This document shows positions 28,680-44,749 of a DNA stretch of 64,000 bases, one piece after another. The position numbers and the translations under genes were made by a program. This DNA comes from Octopus vulgaris (lineage: Eukaryota), in assembly GCA_951406725.2 (NCBI GenBank), contig OX597817.1:135842001-135906000 (forward strand), written 5' to 3'. Each line of letters starts with the position of its first letter. The stretch's first letter is position 1. The notes below the pieces were generated by a model. The model saw nothing but the letters and a program-made list of their open reading frames with translations. It was not told the DNA's origin and did not search any database.

Positions 28680-29870
28680 AAGTGAACCAGTGAAAAAAAA
28701 ACTGGATAGTGATGCAGTGTTACTTAGAAAGTGAACCTAAATGAAAGGGCTACAGAGAACGGATGTTAACACTTTGGGTAGAGAAAGGTATGTTTAAAGT
28801 GACTGAGTAGAGCTTAGTTGATCAAGCTAGTGCTATTAGAAGAAAGTGGATGACAGAATTGAAGGTAGAAGAGATCACAATAGAACTGAAAAAGAAACAC
28901 CAAGAAGTGGGAAAGGCAAACAAGAACATAAGAGGTACATCTCAAACCAAAGAAGAATCTAAAGGAAAAAATAACAATAGTGCTACCAATAAGGAAGGGA
29001 CAACCAGCACCAACGATTTAAGTGATTTAAGTGTTCTTCAGAAGATCTTAGATGAGTTGCAGGAAGTAATGAGTAAAGAAGTAAGAAAAAGATTGCTGGC
29101 ATTAAAAGGCACCAACAGAAGGAAACTAAAAGAAAGTAGGAAAGTAGATTCTATTATCAGGAGGATAGATACTAAATATATAGAAGACACTAACTTATTG
29201 ATCTATGCAGGAGGGGTAGTAGTCACCAGAAGATTAGATATCTCATAGGGAAAGATTAGAAAAGAGCAAATGTGGAAAAGGAGACAACAAAATAAAGTGA
29301 AGACTTTAAAACAAGATCTGAGTAGAATAGGAACCTGGAAAACAAACAAGTTAGGAAAAATGCCGAATTAGAAGGGCCCAGGACCAAATTTCAAGCAATT
29401 CAGTAGTTTACATGGGAGGCTGAGAGAACTACTTCAGGATTGTCTTAATGGAGGAATAATACCAGATTGGATGACTAGAGGGAGGATAATACTCATTAAG
29501 AAAGATAAGAGCAAGAGTAATACAACTAGCAACTATAGACCAATCACTTGCTTACCATTAGTGTGAAAGCTGTTAACAGGAATGCTTCCAGAAAGCATTA
29601 ACGAGCACCTTGACAACCAGAATTTACAAGAAGAACAGAAAGGTTACAGGAAGAAGGCTAGAGGAAAGCATGATCTATTATACATAGACAAAGCAGTTTA
29701 AATGAAGTAAAAGTTAGAAAGCAAACACTCATGGATAAGAGACTGTTTGAGTATATTCATTATAGCAGACAACATAAGAGAATTAATTAGCTTTAGCATG
29801 AAGGAATGGAAAGTAGATCTATACTCAGGTGACATACTCTTAGAGAGAGTTAATATTAAAACAGCCAGGA
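28680..29870 (+). mobile_element. Decayed R4/Dong-like non-LTR retrotransposon (N-terminal region and RT start, internally deleted)
   Basis: VMQCYLESEP..GYRERMLTLW..LVDQASAIRR, NLLIYAGGVVV, PN*KGPGP, PDWMTRGRIILIKKD..NYRPITCLPLV*KLLTG. Confidence 0.75.
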
Positions 29871-30060
29871 AGTGGAAAGCAGAAGCAGAGACTGATGACA
29901 TCCTGTTTTCATTTATAAACAGAGAGAGAAAGGGTGGGTACCACGCAAATTCATTGGAAGGAACATAGATTTGGCGCAGACCGGTTCAGAAATTTCAATG
30001 AATTGGTCACACCAAATTGAAAAGAAAATTCTCATTCTCTCTCTCTCTCTCTCTCCCCCA

Positions 30061-30096
<36 letters not shown>

Positions 30097-30471
30097 TCTA
30101 TCTATCTATCTTTTCCCCATCCTTTATTATCTTTATTTTTTTCTCTTTCTTGATTACCCTGAAACCCCACTCTCTCTCTCTCTATCAATCTATTCACCCC
30201 GATTTGCTTTTCTTTGTCTCTCTCCCCTTTTTTCCAAGAAAAAAACCACCCAAAACAATATGCTCCTCTTCTAAATAAAACAAAACAACATCCGACTCAT
30301 AAAAATGAGTAACGTTCTGTTTTAATCATTTTGATTTTGATTTTGTCTTGACGAGTTTGAAAACGAACGAAAGCGCTATTAAAGGATTATCCAAAATTCT
30401 GACTGCTTCCTTTTTCTCAATATACAAGATCTGTACGCCACTTCAAACACTCTATACATACATGCATGCAT

Positions 30472-30556
<85 letters not shown>

Positions 30557-30851
30557 ATTATGTGCAGGATCCAATTGAATCGGGGTATTCTAATAACATC
30601 AATTTAAGGCCGAGAATAGCATATTCACGGACACTGACGCATATATTGATGCATATATGGACTTGTCATACCATTTACATACACATCTACATAAACAAAT
30701 CAATATACACATCGATATAAATATACATGTAGGTATAAAATCACATACAGACATAATCCGGCATTCGGTTTTACGGTCCACTTTAAGTTCCAGGTCCTAA
30801 CTTAGAGGAGGTTCCAAGTATGGTGTAAAATAAGTAAGAACACATATAGAT

Positions 30852-30994
30852 TGAGGTTCACTACAGCTGTTTCAGACACGTTTTTTTATTGATAAACAAA
30901 TCAGTTACATCATGAAAAAGAAAACATTTTTTCTATGATGTAATTGATTTATTCATTTATAGAAACGTGTCTGAAACAGCTGTAGTGAACCACA
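30852..30994. repeat. Fold-back element carrying a hammerhead-like 3' half (GAAA CAGCTG TA)
   Basis: ggttcactacagctgtttcagacacgttt pairs with aaacgtgtctgaaacagctgtagtgaacc. The inner arms aatcagttacatcat and atgatgtaattgatt also pair. Confidence 0.8.
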
Positions 30995-31007
30995 ACAGAC
31001 TTCCGAT

Positions 31008-31042
<35 letters not shown>

Positions 31043-31372
31043 GAGAGAGAGAGAGGGATAGGTATATACATATTTATGTGTGTGTGTTGAAGCGCGCGTG
31101 TGTTGTTAGCTAGCCGGATAGAGTATTGTAGTATAGATAGCCAGACGCTCCAAAATAGACGGTTATTTCAATTCTAACCTTTTCATAAATGTTTCATATA
31201 ATCTTAAAATCCGACATTTCCTGTTTTTTCCTCAGGCTTTGGACAGTTTCTTTCCATTACTGGTGAAATTATGGAGAAAACAACGAATGAAATCATTTAA
31301 AATTATTTTATTTATATCATTTATATATTTAGAATTCACATATATAAAAGAAATTCACACACACATACACAC

Positions 31373-31409
<37 letters not shown>

Positions 31410-31883
31410 TATACACACATATTTATACATATATATTTATATATATATCTATGTATATATATATATTCATATATACTTATACATATATATATATCTATAC
31501 ACACATATATATATAGGTAACGTTCTTCTATTTACATGTAAATATACACGGTGAATATATTTATTGAAGAATTAGTTCACTTGGAAATCATCTCAGATGC
31601 CAACGTCCTGTTGTACAAGAAGTGTAATGAAACTTATATCTGTATTCCGAGATTTTTTTCTTTTGTCCTGTGATCTCGTTCAACGTCTCTGTTTTATTCT
31701 GGATATATTTTGATAATTGTAAAGAGTTATTATCCGTTGTTTACACTGGTGTGATATACGTTGACCGGGGTTAGCAACTTCCGGTAAAGTGGACAAGGTT
31801 TAGAAGCACGTTTTAATACATTGATTATTGATTGCTCGGTTAGTTGTCTAGTATCAGGTCCACAAGTTATTTGTGCGTGCAAG

Positions 31884-31917
<34 letters not shown>

Positions 31918-31938
31918 AGACACACATATATATATATA

Positions 31939-32342
<404 letters not shown>

Positions 32343-32757
32343 CATATATATCTACACATGCACACACACACACAAACCCACACACACAGACCCACACACA
32401 TACATATATATTTACGCTCACACTCATGCATATGTATGTACATATGATTTCTCAAAACAATGTTTCTCTTGTGAGTTGAGTTTCATGCCACGTTGATCTT
32501 CAGGTGGGACCTGATACAACTCGATATGATATTAAATGTACATTCGATGTTCCGAATGTAGTTCCATACTTGTTTCGTTTATTGGTTCGCGTTTATTGAC
32601 TGGAAGTTATTTGACCACTCTCCATCTATTACTTGTGGTAGTATTTCTTGTGTTCCTGTCTTTGACGACGAGGGTATAAAGAAGTAAATGAGTGGAAACT
32701 TTACTGGTGAGTGTGTTAAATGATAAGGCACTAAAAGAGAATGACTCTACCCAGACG

Positions 32758-32822
<65 letters not shown>

Positions 32823-32993
32823 GTATATATATATATATGGAGGGGAGGAGAAAGAGAGAGAAGGTAAGAGAAAAGCCCGTCTTCGTTGATAGAGTACAAC
32901 CGAAGTAAGCTTAAATTTTACAGTAAGCATATGACAAGAATGTAATATTATAGTTTTATTTGCTACAACTACAGCGTCTAAACGACATTACTA

Positions 32994-33048
<55 letters not shown>

Positions 33049-33402
33049 TACAATCTCGAAGCACGCGCATGAAGTTATAAATAACAACGTGAATAAGGCC
33101 GAAAAAAACCCGTGTAGATCGTTCACTTTCTCTCGAAAGTTAATAAAATTCTTATGACTCCACAACATACAATTATCGCTGTGAAAAAGTTGCTTTGGTC
33201 CAATGGTAGAACATCTGTTATGTTTGTAGGTGATGGTGAGTTCGTGAGCCACTGGCAGCCATTGACATTTTAAATCCAAAAGGGTTTTTTTTTTCAACCC
33301 AATATTTACATGCTGTTATCTATAGCTTTACGTGTGTGTTTCAAGATATTCTAAAAATGAACACATACATATATATATATATATATATGCACTACACACA
33401 CT

Positions 33403-33468
<66 letters not shown>

Positions 33469-33804
33469 AGGTATAAATACGTCTATAGATGCATTTATGG
33501 ATTTCATACACTTCTTTCCCACTGAACGTTTTCTCTTCAATTGCCAACTGAAATTTATTGAGCTGTTCATCAATGGGTGTTATCTACAATCTGGAGATGT
33601 TTTTCTTGCCAGTCGTTCTTTGCGAACAATAAATTCATTATCTATTTCACAGTTGATGAATGTATCGAACAGTTATATATTCACCGATAAAAAAAAATCG
33701 ATCTTGACATAATGATTCCTTATCGATCTTTTTAGCCGGACTCCATTAGTTTGATCACTGATATTAGATAGATGTCCTCTAAATCTTACTCATATGTAAA
33801 TTTT

Positions 33805-33874
<70 letters not shown>

Positions 33875-34555
33875 TGATGATAATAATAATAATAATATCA
33901 GCAACGACACTGAAGTGTGTTTAACAATGAACACGGTGGGAACTTAACAAAGAACACTTCTGTAAGTTTAAAAAAACGCAAGAGGATGTTAAAAAACACC
34001 GAAGACGTTTAATAGGTGAAAATGCTGTTTACTGCTCCAAATTTTATCCATCAACACTGGTTAAGTAATACTCATTTAATCCGAAAAAAAGGACAGCCCC
34101 GTTAAAGAATAACTGTTTCAGCAATACATGAATTTATTCATAAAATTTCATTGCTTTTTACCTTATATACATAATGTATCACTACTATTCCTCTCGGTCT
34201 GTAGACACGACCATCAATATTGCCGTATTAAACGAATAATGTAACAGGCACGGTATGACGCATTTATTCACGCAGGAAGAACAAAGCCCAACAAAAGAAA
34301 TATAGAGAAAAAAATTCTATATTCAAAGGAAAATTACTCAATCTTTAATGCAATCAAGAAAGGGACATGACTGACAACCCCTCCTCAAAATATGACACCA
34401 AAAATAGAAGTTATTGAAACCAAAGAACACCCGAATCAAGAGACATTCGCTAAATTGCAATACCATTACTTGGTACAATCTCCATCCGACACTCAGAGTG
34501 AGTTTATTAAGAATGAGATGAAAAAGAAATGGAAAACAAATGAGTACCAACAGCA

Positions 34556-34921
34556 GTGGAGGCGCAATGGCCCAATGGTTAGGGCAGCGGACACGCGGTC
34601 GGAGGATCGTGGTTTCGATTCCCAGACCGGGCGTTGTGCGTGTTTATTGAGCGAAAACACCTAAAGCTCCACGAGGCTCCGGCAGGGGGTGGTGGCGATC
34701 CCTGCTGTACTCTTTCGCTCCAACTTTCTCTCACTCTTTCTTCCCGTTTCTTGTCCCCGACTTCCTACGCAACCGTTGAGCCTGGATGCGCATTCATCCA
34801 TCCGTCGATGCTCTCGGTGTCGGGGGTTGACCTTTCTCTTCTGCGGGTCTTACGAAAAGCAAAGGGCCACGTTTCGGACTTCTCCTATTAGGACGAAGAC
34901 CGTAACGCTCAACAACAATAC
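34556..34921 (+). mobile_element. SINE family A with alternative tail type 2, (CAA)n end and 13-bp TSD
   Basis: TSD agtaccaacagca at 34543-34555 and 34922-34934. The head matches the 2627 copy and the tail is unrelated. Confidence 0.9.
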
Positions 34922-37560
34922 AGTACCAACAGCAAGAGGAGTAAAATTCGTTAGTGAGAAGAAATCTGTTACGGATGAGCTCGTTTGAAATAAAGAACAT
35001 GGTACGTGAAAAGTCATCGCCGAAGTACAAAAACGAACAACTTGGTGATATAAGAAAATGCTAAAATTTCAAATCTCTTCTCGAAATAGTTTATAAACAC
35101 GAATAAAGCTCAAGTAAAGATATTAAATAACAATTCTCAAGCAACACCAGGGTCCAGAATGACTCATTTAGGAGAAAATATGTTGAATGCCAACGCAAAA
35201 CAAACAGTTTTGCATTTGCTTTGCAACATTCTGGATGTGAATCCGTCTTTTTAAAGAACTTGTTGCGCCTTGGGTGGGTCATAATGCCAAAAATAATTCA
35301 ATACTAAACGCACCCACGGGAGTACGTTTATTATTCAATTATTATTGACACAATTACTCTCCCAACACACAACTAAAGAAAGAGCTAATCCTAAAACTTA
35401 TAAATTCACACTTCTTAAATGGATTAATCTCTTGAAATCCAGTTCCTTAAATATCAGGATTATTTTCTCTCAAAATTTTATACTAAAATATTGTATTTTC
35501 GGTTTGGCGGCTAAGTCTGTCATATCGAAACACTTTCCTTCCGTTTCGATTCCTTTATAGCCTTTCGTTTTATTCCTGAGACATTCCGGTCTTTCTGTTG
35601 ATTTTGTCATAACTTTCATTGCTTTACCTGTTCGCATATTTCTGGTGAAACAAAGATTTGTAAAAACATTTTCAAACTTGTTATGCATTAATTTTAAAGC
35701 ATAAAATTCTCCTTAAATTTAGATTGAATGACACAATTTTTATTCGTACTTTTTGTTATTGTGTGTTTATGTGTGTGTGTGCGTGCGTGTGTGTGTAGGT
35801 GTGTGAGTGTGTGTGCATGTGTGTGTGTGTGTGTATGAGTGCCTGCCTGTAACTGTGATTCTCCATTAGTAAGGCTTGAATGTAATAATTTCTCTTGATA
35901 ATGAATAATTGCCCAGAAAAAAAAAGCTGTTTCAGAACAGAAGGGATTTTGAAAAGCAGCATTGGCTACAGATAAGCAAAAGTCATAACCGAAGAGAGAA
36001 GAAGAAGGAATAGTTTGAGCTAAACGATGGGTGACTTTCAGAAGGATTTTGTTGATGTCCCTCATTACCGATCCAGCAAATATTGCCATGAGTAAGGCAA
36101 CGCTGCTAATAAACAGACACATTAAACATGAGTGAATGGAAAATAAATTTGTAGAATTATTGAAAGAAATCTGATCTCTATGGGCAGTGGAATATTCCAG
36201 GAGGAACCTATCCGTTCTGTTTTTCTGTTTTGCATGAAAACATGTAATGAATAAGTTAAACCAGACTGGTCGAAGGTATACATGCTGCCGTGAGACTATT
36301 AATATACATGGATTAGAAACAATGCTGCGTATTGTACACAGTGTTACTAATACAGTTGCTATGAGATTTGTTTCATAAAATTGAGCCAAACATCGTTGAA
36401 GAGATGAAAATTAAACACACCAATGCTTTGGTTGAAAAACAAATTGAGATGAGAGAACTGAACTAAATACAGACTTGTAAATGCTTAGGAATGAATGAAG
36501 TAGAGAGAAAGAAAGAGTAAGAGAGAAAGAAAGAATGCAATACATAAATGAAAACAAATGTTAGGAATATTAAAGACAAAATAATATATTGGTTTCAAAT
36601 TTTGGTACAAGGCCAGCAATTTCGGGTTGGGGGTGGTAAATCAATTCCATCGATCCCAGTGTTCAACTGGTACTTATTTTATCGACTCCGAAAGGATGAA
36701 AGCAAAGTCGACCCCGGTGGGGGTGGTATATCTGGATTTTCAAATGCCAATGGCTTGGAGTTCGTCAACAGAGGAGCCATATTGTCCTTAAGTCTGAATT
36801 TTCGTTGTTTTAATATTTAAAAAAAATTAAGGCCGAAGTACTTCAGTGAAGTCCATGTGAAATCAAAGATTTATATATAACTAAGAATTCAGTCAGTAGA
36901 TTCCAGCAGAATGTTTTTGACCAATGGAAAATATTCTCCGATGTGGCATACTTCCCATCTGTTGTTCTCCGAAATGTTATATTTCTCCAAAATTAATATG
37001 ATGTGTCTGTCAGTTTGTTTATATCTCAGATAGAAACAATTAAAAGACAAACAAGTAAACAGTACCACCATTAATACCATGGACATTATTTGTTCCTTCA
37101 GTGATTCTCTTCTGAAAAAAAATCTTCTGAAGATTCTTCCTTCCGTCTGACAAAGAACTCTTTGGAAAGAAATGTGCCACAAATGACAAGTATCGATCTC
37201 CGATTAAGCTGGAATGTCTCTACGAGATCAAGGCTTTATCTTTGTTTACCTGTCTCAAGGATTAATCGTATGAGACACAAAACTGGGATAGGACAAGTCA
37301 GTTGGCTTTGAAATTCTTTAATAGTCTCCAGCGAAAAGATGTAATTTTATTGTATTTGCCATCAAATTTCCTCACGCATTTCCACCAAAATTTCATACTG
37401 TACAAAAGACAAATTTCCCTCCAAGTTTGCATTAAAACTAAATATATTCATTTTAATAAATACCATTTCGGTTTTAGCCCTAAATGAGCAAAATTTTAAG
37501 TTCAAAGCTGTAAGTTATTACCTACCTACCTACCTACCTACCTACCTACCTACCTACCTA

Positions 37561-37646
<86 letters not shown>

Positions 37647-37651
37647 CTTTA

Positions 37652-37782
37652 TTATTAAAGCTGCAAAAAAATCACAAAAATATCACAAAAATCTGCTACT
37701 CAGAGTTTCACTTTCCCGAGAGCGTAAAACTCAAAGTAGCAGTTTTTGTGATACTCCTGTGATGTTTTTGCAGTTTTGATAA
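37652..37782. repeat. Imperfect fold-back element with a hammerhead-like 3' half, adjacent to (TATC)n
   Basis: ttattaaagctgcaaaaa..atcacaaaaatctgctact..gagttt pairs with aaactc..agtagcagtttttgtgata..tttttgcagttttgataa. The minus strand of the left arm reads GAAA ctctgag TA gcag. Confidence 0.65.
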
Positions 37783-37875
37783 CATAGCATCTTACTCTAC
37801 CTCTGGTATTCGAGTACTATTTTTCCCTACCTTGTTTTACATTTATGTGCTTACTCGGGTATACACACACACACA

Positions 37876-38434
<559 letters not shown>

Positions 38435-38435
<1 letters not shown>

Positions 38436-39410
38436 AAGACATGAGAAAATGGAGAGAAGACAGCTTCATTTGATTCAGTGCCCTCAACAAGGGCAGATGA
38501 CGAAATGGAAGGAACATGTTGTTGAGGAGAAAATAAGTTGGAATGAAATATGGAAGTGGACTACATCACGCCTAAGTTTTCTGATTCGTTCACGCCTACA
38601 AATCTAGTAAGATGAAACGTCTCCGAAAATGATATATGCAGGTGCGGAAAAGTCGGAACACAGAAATATATTCTTTCCTAGTGTTCGCTTGCATTGAATA
38701 GATATACATGGAGACATAATCTGGTCCTTAAGGTTATCTTCAATGCTATAAAGAACAGAATTTCTCTCATCAATAGGGGCAATAAAACCATTGAAAGAAC
38801 CAACCAGATATTTCATTACTTTCGTGCGCTCAGGATAGCAGATCCGTTTGAAAAAGAAGAAACTTCCTGTGAGCGCTGAAAAGAGGGAAGGCTTTTGAAA
38901 GGTGGCTGCAGATTTACCAGGGTGCCAAGGACTCTTTCCTATTCTAGTTACGAAGATACCGGGTATCATAATATTCTGTGAAAGAAAGTGGTAATCTAGT
39001 CGAGTTAATGGTTCCTCGTGAAAATAACATGGACGCCGTTATAAAAACATTCTCGGAGAATGTGAACATGCAGGCTGGAAAGCGGAGCATTGAAGTCGGA
39101 CGTAGAGGATTCGTTGAACACAATCTGAGGCGACTGTTGTGATCGTTAGGCCTAACTCATCATAAAACAAATACCACCATGAGTGATATCCACACTAGAG
39201 TGGAGAAGACAAGCCACTGGATTCGGTTGAAAAGAGACGATGAGCAATGGTTAGAAGAATATTGAACGAAACCTGGTAACCAGTTGATCTAGCAAGCGGG
39301 GCCTCATTTCAGCGGAGGGTGGGGCCGGTGCGCAATGATGCCGTCCAGAGAAAGGCCCGAAACGGGGAGCATTCTCTCCTGATAACCCCATAGACTTGCT
39401 AGCATCCGGC
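38435..39410 (+). mobile_element. Decayed RLE non-LTR retrotransposon (HERO-like), C-terminus and 3' UTR
   Basis: RYTWRHNLVLKVI, KVAADLPG, ELMVPRENNMD, GWKAE..IEVGRRGFV, VEKTSHWIRLKRDDEQWL. Confidence 0.7.
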
Positions 39411-39567
39411 ATATGAAGCTTTCAACTGGTATCTCTTGCATCTGCAAGTTGTTTTTGTATGTCCTCCTGTTGTCTGTTAATTTTATTGTTCGTTTATTTG
39501 AGTTGACTATACATATGTGTGTGTGTTTACTGTTAATACATGCTAGTGTGTGTATGTGTGTGTATGT

Positions 39568-39860
39568 GAAGTCACATGGCTTAGTGATCAAGGTGTTACA
39601 TACATGATTCCGAGATCGTGGTTTCGATTCCCTGACCAGGTGTTGCGTTGTGTTCTTGAGCAAAGCACTTCATTTCACGTTGCTCTGCGATCATTTCATC
39701 ATCTGACATGTGGCACCTGTTGCACCTGTACAGGTAATGTCGATTTGATGGAGGGAGTACGCTTATGTCTATACAAACATTTGATCATTATAAACAAATC
39801 ATCTGTTTGGCTGTTAGGTAAGAAATTGCTGTACCCTCATACGCCGTCTAACGAGGGGAG
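39568..39860 (+). mobile_element. SINE family D-related copy
   Basis: tggcttagtga, ggtttcgattccc and gtgttcttgagcaaagcactt. Confidence 0.65.
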
Positions 39861-39865
39861 AGTCC

Positions 39866-39902
<37 letters not shown>

Positions 39903-41059
39903 TCCATACGTATACATTGAAGCCGTGTGGCCTTATCTATGCTTGTGTCTTTGAGGGGCCGAATATCTATAGTTTCTCTCCACATGTATTTTATATTGCA
40001 TATTCATTATTATCAAATATGTATGTACTGCAGCCTCAGCGTATATCTGTGCCTCATCAACCGAGGCTTATTAAGCTCTTGTACAAAAGATGTTGTCTGT
40101 AGAAGGATATTCTCTCCCATGGAATAATGAAAGAACTGACGATCAAGCCCAGTCACATGACCATTTAGAGAAGAGACGACTATCAAAGCCATGACATATG
40201 GCGATGCATGCATAAAGTACCTGTATGACATTTCAGGCTTGCCTTCCTCTCAGTCCGTATCAGGATAAGCACTGCTCACTTGTGACGTCGTCCAAATTCC
40301 TATTCACCTGCAACCAGTCTGGGTCAGATCCGAAACATCTTATCAGATCCGTTAGTCTAGCGACCCAGACCGACATGAATTTGTCTGTCAAGGTATCGAA
40401 CTGAAAACAGAACGAATAATATTTGTGAATGCCTGCGCCTGTGAATACTTCGTTTTCCTTTTGTATGGTTCTGACTAACTCGATTTTCGAGGTGTCTGAT
40501 ACCGTCACATTAATTTCGTCCACTGTGTTGTGCCGTCAACACCTCTTGTGAACATAACAGGAATGGTCCAAGATCCAAAACGTACAAAAGCAAAGAGGAC
40601 GCCCTTCACGGGTTGAAGATGTGCTTCTAAATGGTTCCACATAGATGACCATTTACTCTGACCACCGGCCAGTTGCCACTGTACATAGAAGCGATCCAGC
40701 CTCTGACACCAGCTTCTTTAAAGACAGCTACCACATAACAACAGTCAACCTTATTAAAAGTTTTGACCCAAATTGATCAGAGCTACATAAAAACCAGGTT
40801 CGTAATGCATTTTTCTAATTCATATCGCTCGAGGTGGATGTTGTGTAAAGATCTGCTGTGACGAACACACGCCAACCAGCGCCGCAGCACGCTGCCGACA
40901 GCAAACACCAAATAATAATTTCTCTTAGTAACAGATATCAATTGTTTTTATGTCATTCTTTCATTGTATTCTGTCAGAAAAAAAGTAATAACTGGGATTG
41001 TGTGTGTATACGTGTGTGTGTTTGTATTTATAATTGTACGTGTGTGTGTGTGAGTGTGT

Positions 41060-41132
<73 letters not shown>

Positions 41133-41401
41133 TATGTGTGTGTGTGTTGGTATATGAGTAGTGAGGTGTATGGCTATCGAAACATTGAAGTTCCGAGTTA
41201 TGCAATGAGAGTCGACTAAATGGTTGTGAATATATTTATGGTACAAGTGTAGCGTAAATGGTTTGATAATAGTCTGGCAAAGCACGCCATTGCTTAGATT
41301 CTCTTATATAACAAATCAGATTTGTTCAACGGAATCAAAAAGCTATACATTTATACATTCGCTGGAATCCGTTATACAGGCATGTACTCTGTGTATGTGC
41401 A

Positions 41402-41439
<38 letters not shown>

Positions 41440-41492
41440 GTATGTATCTCTGTCTGTCTCTGTCTGTCTGTCTGTCTGTCTCTCTCTGTCTG

Positions 41493-41611
<119 letters not shown>

Positions 41612-41741
41612 CACACCAATAGCGTACCCCATCATGGCTACTGCATCTGACTGACGCAAGTAAAAGAAAAATATAATATATACATATATTTTGATATGAG
41701 TGTGTATATGTATAATTACATATAACCGAGTAAATGTCTAC

Positions 41742-42133
<392 letters not shown>

Positions 42134-42163
42134 GTCTGTCTGTCAGTGTATGTACGTATGTAC

Positions 42164-42211
<48 letters not shown>

Positions 42212-42252
42212 TTTCAGAATGAGATAAAAAACCAAGGCTGTGAAGATTTTAG

Positions 42253-42290
<38 letters not shown>

Positions 42291-42303
42291 CACACACACA
42301 CAC

Positions 42304-42381
<78 letters not shown>

Positions 42382-44495
42382 TACTCATATGCATACATAT
42401 ATATATAAAGTTATTTGCATAAGGCACTTTTTATGTTTATGCTTCACTTATTTCGAATATTTACTTTTAGAAAACCAACTGGAAAGTTTTTCATATCGTG
42501 TCCAGTCTGACACTTGCTGTTTCCACTGTGAACTGTGACCGTTGGTCAGGTCTGTTGCTGTGTAACGGCAGAGCTGGGTATTATTGACGTCACAAGCCCT
42601 ACACATATCTGACACCATTGTCCATTCTCAACTACCCCAGTTTCTCTCTCGTTTCCTTTGTCGATATCAGATCTATTTCTATGTGAGAAAATTATTTATA
42701 TTCCGTGTATGGATTTGGGGAAATTTGTGGTTGTCTGAATCGCCTGCAAAACAAGCAAACAAACGGTTAATGTAATCCGGAATATCAGAAAAGATTGTGT
42801 GTGCAGTGAGACAAGATGGTGTTTAATGTTTCAGAAACCATCACCGCTCACCTCATACCGGTTTGTTTTATTTACTGGATTCTTAATACCTGATATTTTG
42901 TAAATGTTGTGTTGGTGATTATTATGTTAATTCTTAACGTATTCTCATTAAAGATGCGTATATGTGAATATACGCGTGTGTGATATCACTGTTAGCTATC
43001 CAGCAATAATCGTGCGGCGGTAGAGAATATTTTATGAGGTTGTCAAGTATCGTGGGGGAAGTGAAGTCCATATATTACATTGGTTAGTTCGAGTTGGAGA
43101 ACGACTGACATGGATGGCTGAAGTAATGTTATGCCAGTTTCAATTTCTAGTGTTGAACGTGTTATGAAGGAGAGCTCTTGAGAGTCGTATCGAACACACT
43201 GACTGAATCAACACAACCATCGAAACAACATCGGCAACATGAAGATAAATACTGTAGACTTATATTTAAAGGAAATAACACGTGTGCAACTGCTTTTGAT
43301 GTTTTTTAGAATATCAAGTTATAGCTTCGACAAACACATAATTTCCCATTCATACTTCATCTTTATTGTTTTCTATCAGCCAGTCAACGTATTTCCTTCT
43401 AATTATTCATAAAACTTGCTTATTTTATTCCCCTTCTCTGTCTCTTTCTTTCTCTTTTTATTTCTTTATGTGTGTGTATGTATGTATGTGTGTGCGCGTG
43501 TGTTAGTGTGCCTATGTCTGTATGTAACGCTTTACCTATTTTTTAAATTTTTTCATATTACTAAGAATGACCAAGCGTAAATCCAGTTGTGAACCCAGCA
43601 AAACATGTTACCAAACAAACCTCGGGCAAAATTTATATTTGCATACATTTGTCATTTCAGAACAAATTGATATTCACCAAATTAACTGTAAGTAGGCGAA
43701 ATTTAAAAAAAAATTTTTTTTATATAAGACGACTCCAGTATGGCCTGTGATAAAGGTCCGGTTTACATCTACGCTTTCTCCTTTCCAATCTCTTCAGTCT
43801 CGCTCTCTCTGTTTCCGTCTCTGTATGTATGTATTTTTTTTAGTTTTATTTCAGATCTTCTTGAGAGAGTTCAATCCGGTCGCTCACAAAGTAACAAAAC
43901 TTTCGAGTTAAGAGAGTTCCCTGTATCTGTAAATATGGAGTCGAGATGGTGTGTTATGAGAGCTGTCGATGCATCATACATCCAAGTGTGTGCATCTATT
44001 CCTCTAAAGAATCTCAAGTGGAGAATCTTTGGAATGTCACACAAATCTTAAAAAAACCTAGGCATACTAGGCTTTTGTATAAATTTGTAGGTATACAGTC
44101 TAATGCACCTATAATGATAGATGCAAATGGGAATTTATAGTCAGAGTACGAGAGAGTTCCGCTCTAATTCTCCATAAGTGTACTCTTTTCCCTGGACATT
44201 TGATTGTACATCCACACCCGATGGGTAGCTGACAACAATGCATGTCTGGTGCTTCTTCTGAAGGATATTTTCTGCACCAAAATGCTTACAGCATATCTTT
44301 ATTTGTCCAACGGTAATCCCATATATATATATATATATACAGAGAGAGAGGGGGGGGAGGGAAAGAGAAAGAGAGAGAGAATAATTCAAATAAGTAAATA
44401 AAATCTTGGTTTTTAATATACAAAATATATATACATGTATACGTGCACCCACCAAGGGGAGGCAGATTCAACATTCTCAGATGATAAATAATCAA

Positions 44496-44578
<83 letters not shown>

Positions 44579-44654
44579 TGTATGTATGTATGTATGTATG
44601 TATGTATAATCAAAATAAGCAACAAGAATATTCATTTGAAGCTAAATTTTGTTG

Positions 44655-44733
<79 letters not shown>

Positions 44734-44749
44734 CATATATATACCTTTT

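Noticed and set aside
32450-32509. Further degenerate hammerhead-like strings (CTGAAGA..GAAAC on the minus strand; also about 9125-9195)
   Set aside because: The stems are too eroded to call without a family alignment.
35694-36389. 231-aa minus-strand ORF (MAQFYETN..)
   Set aside because: No recognisable motif, it runs into a (CA)n tract, and there is no convincing splice donor; it cannot be supported as a CDS.
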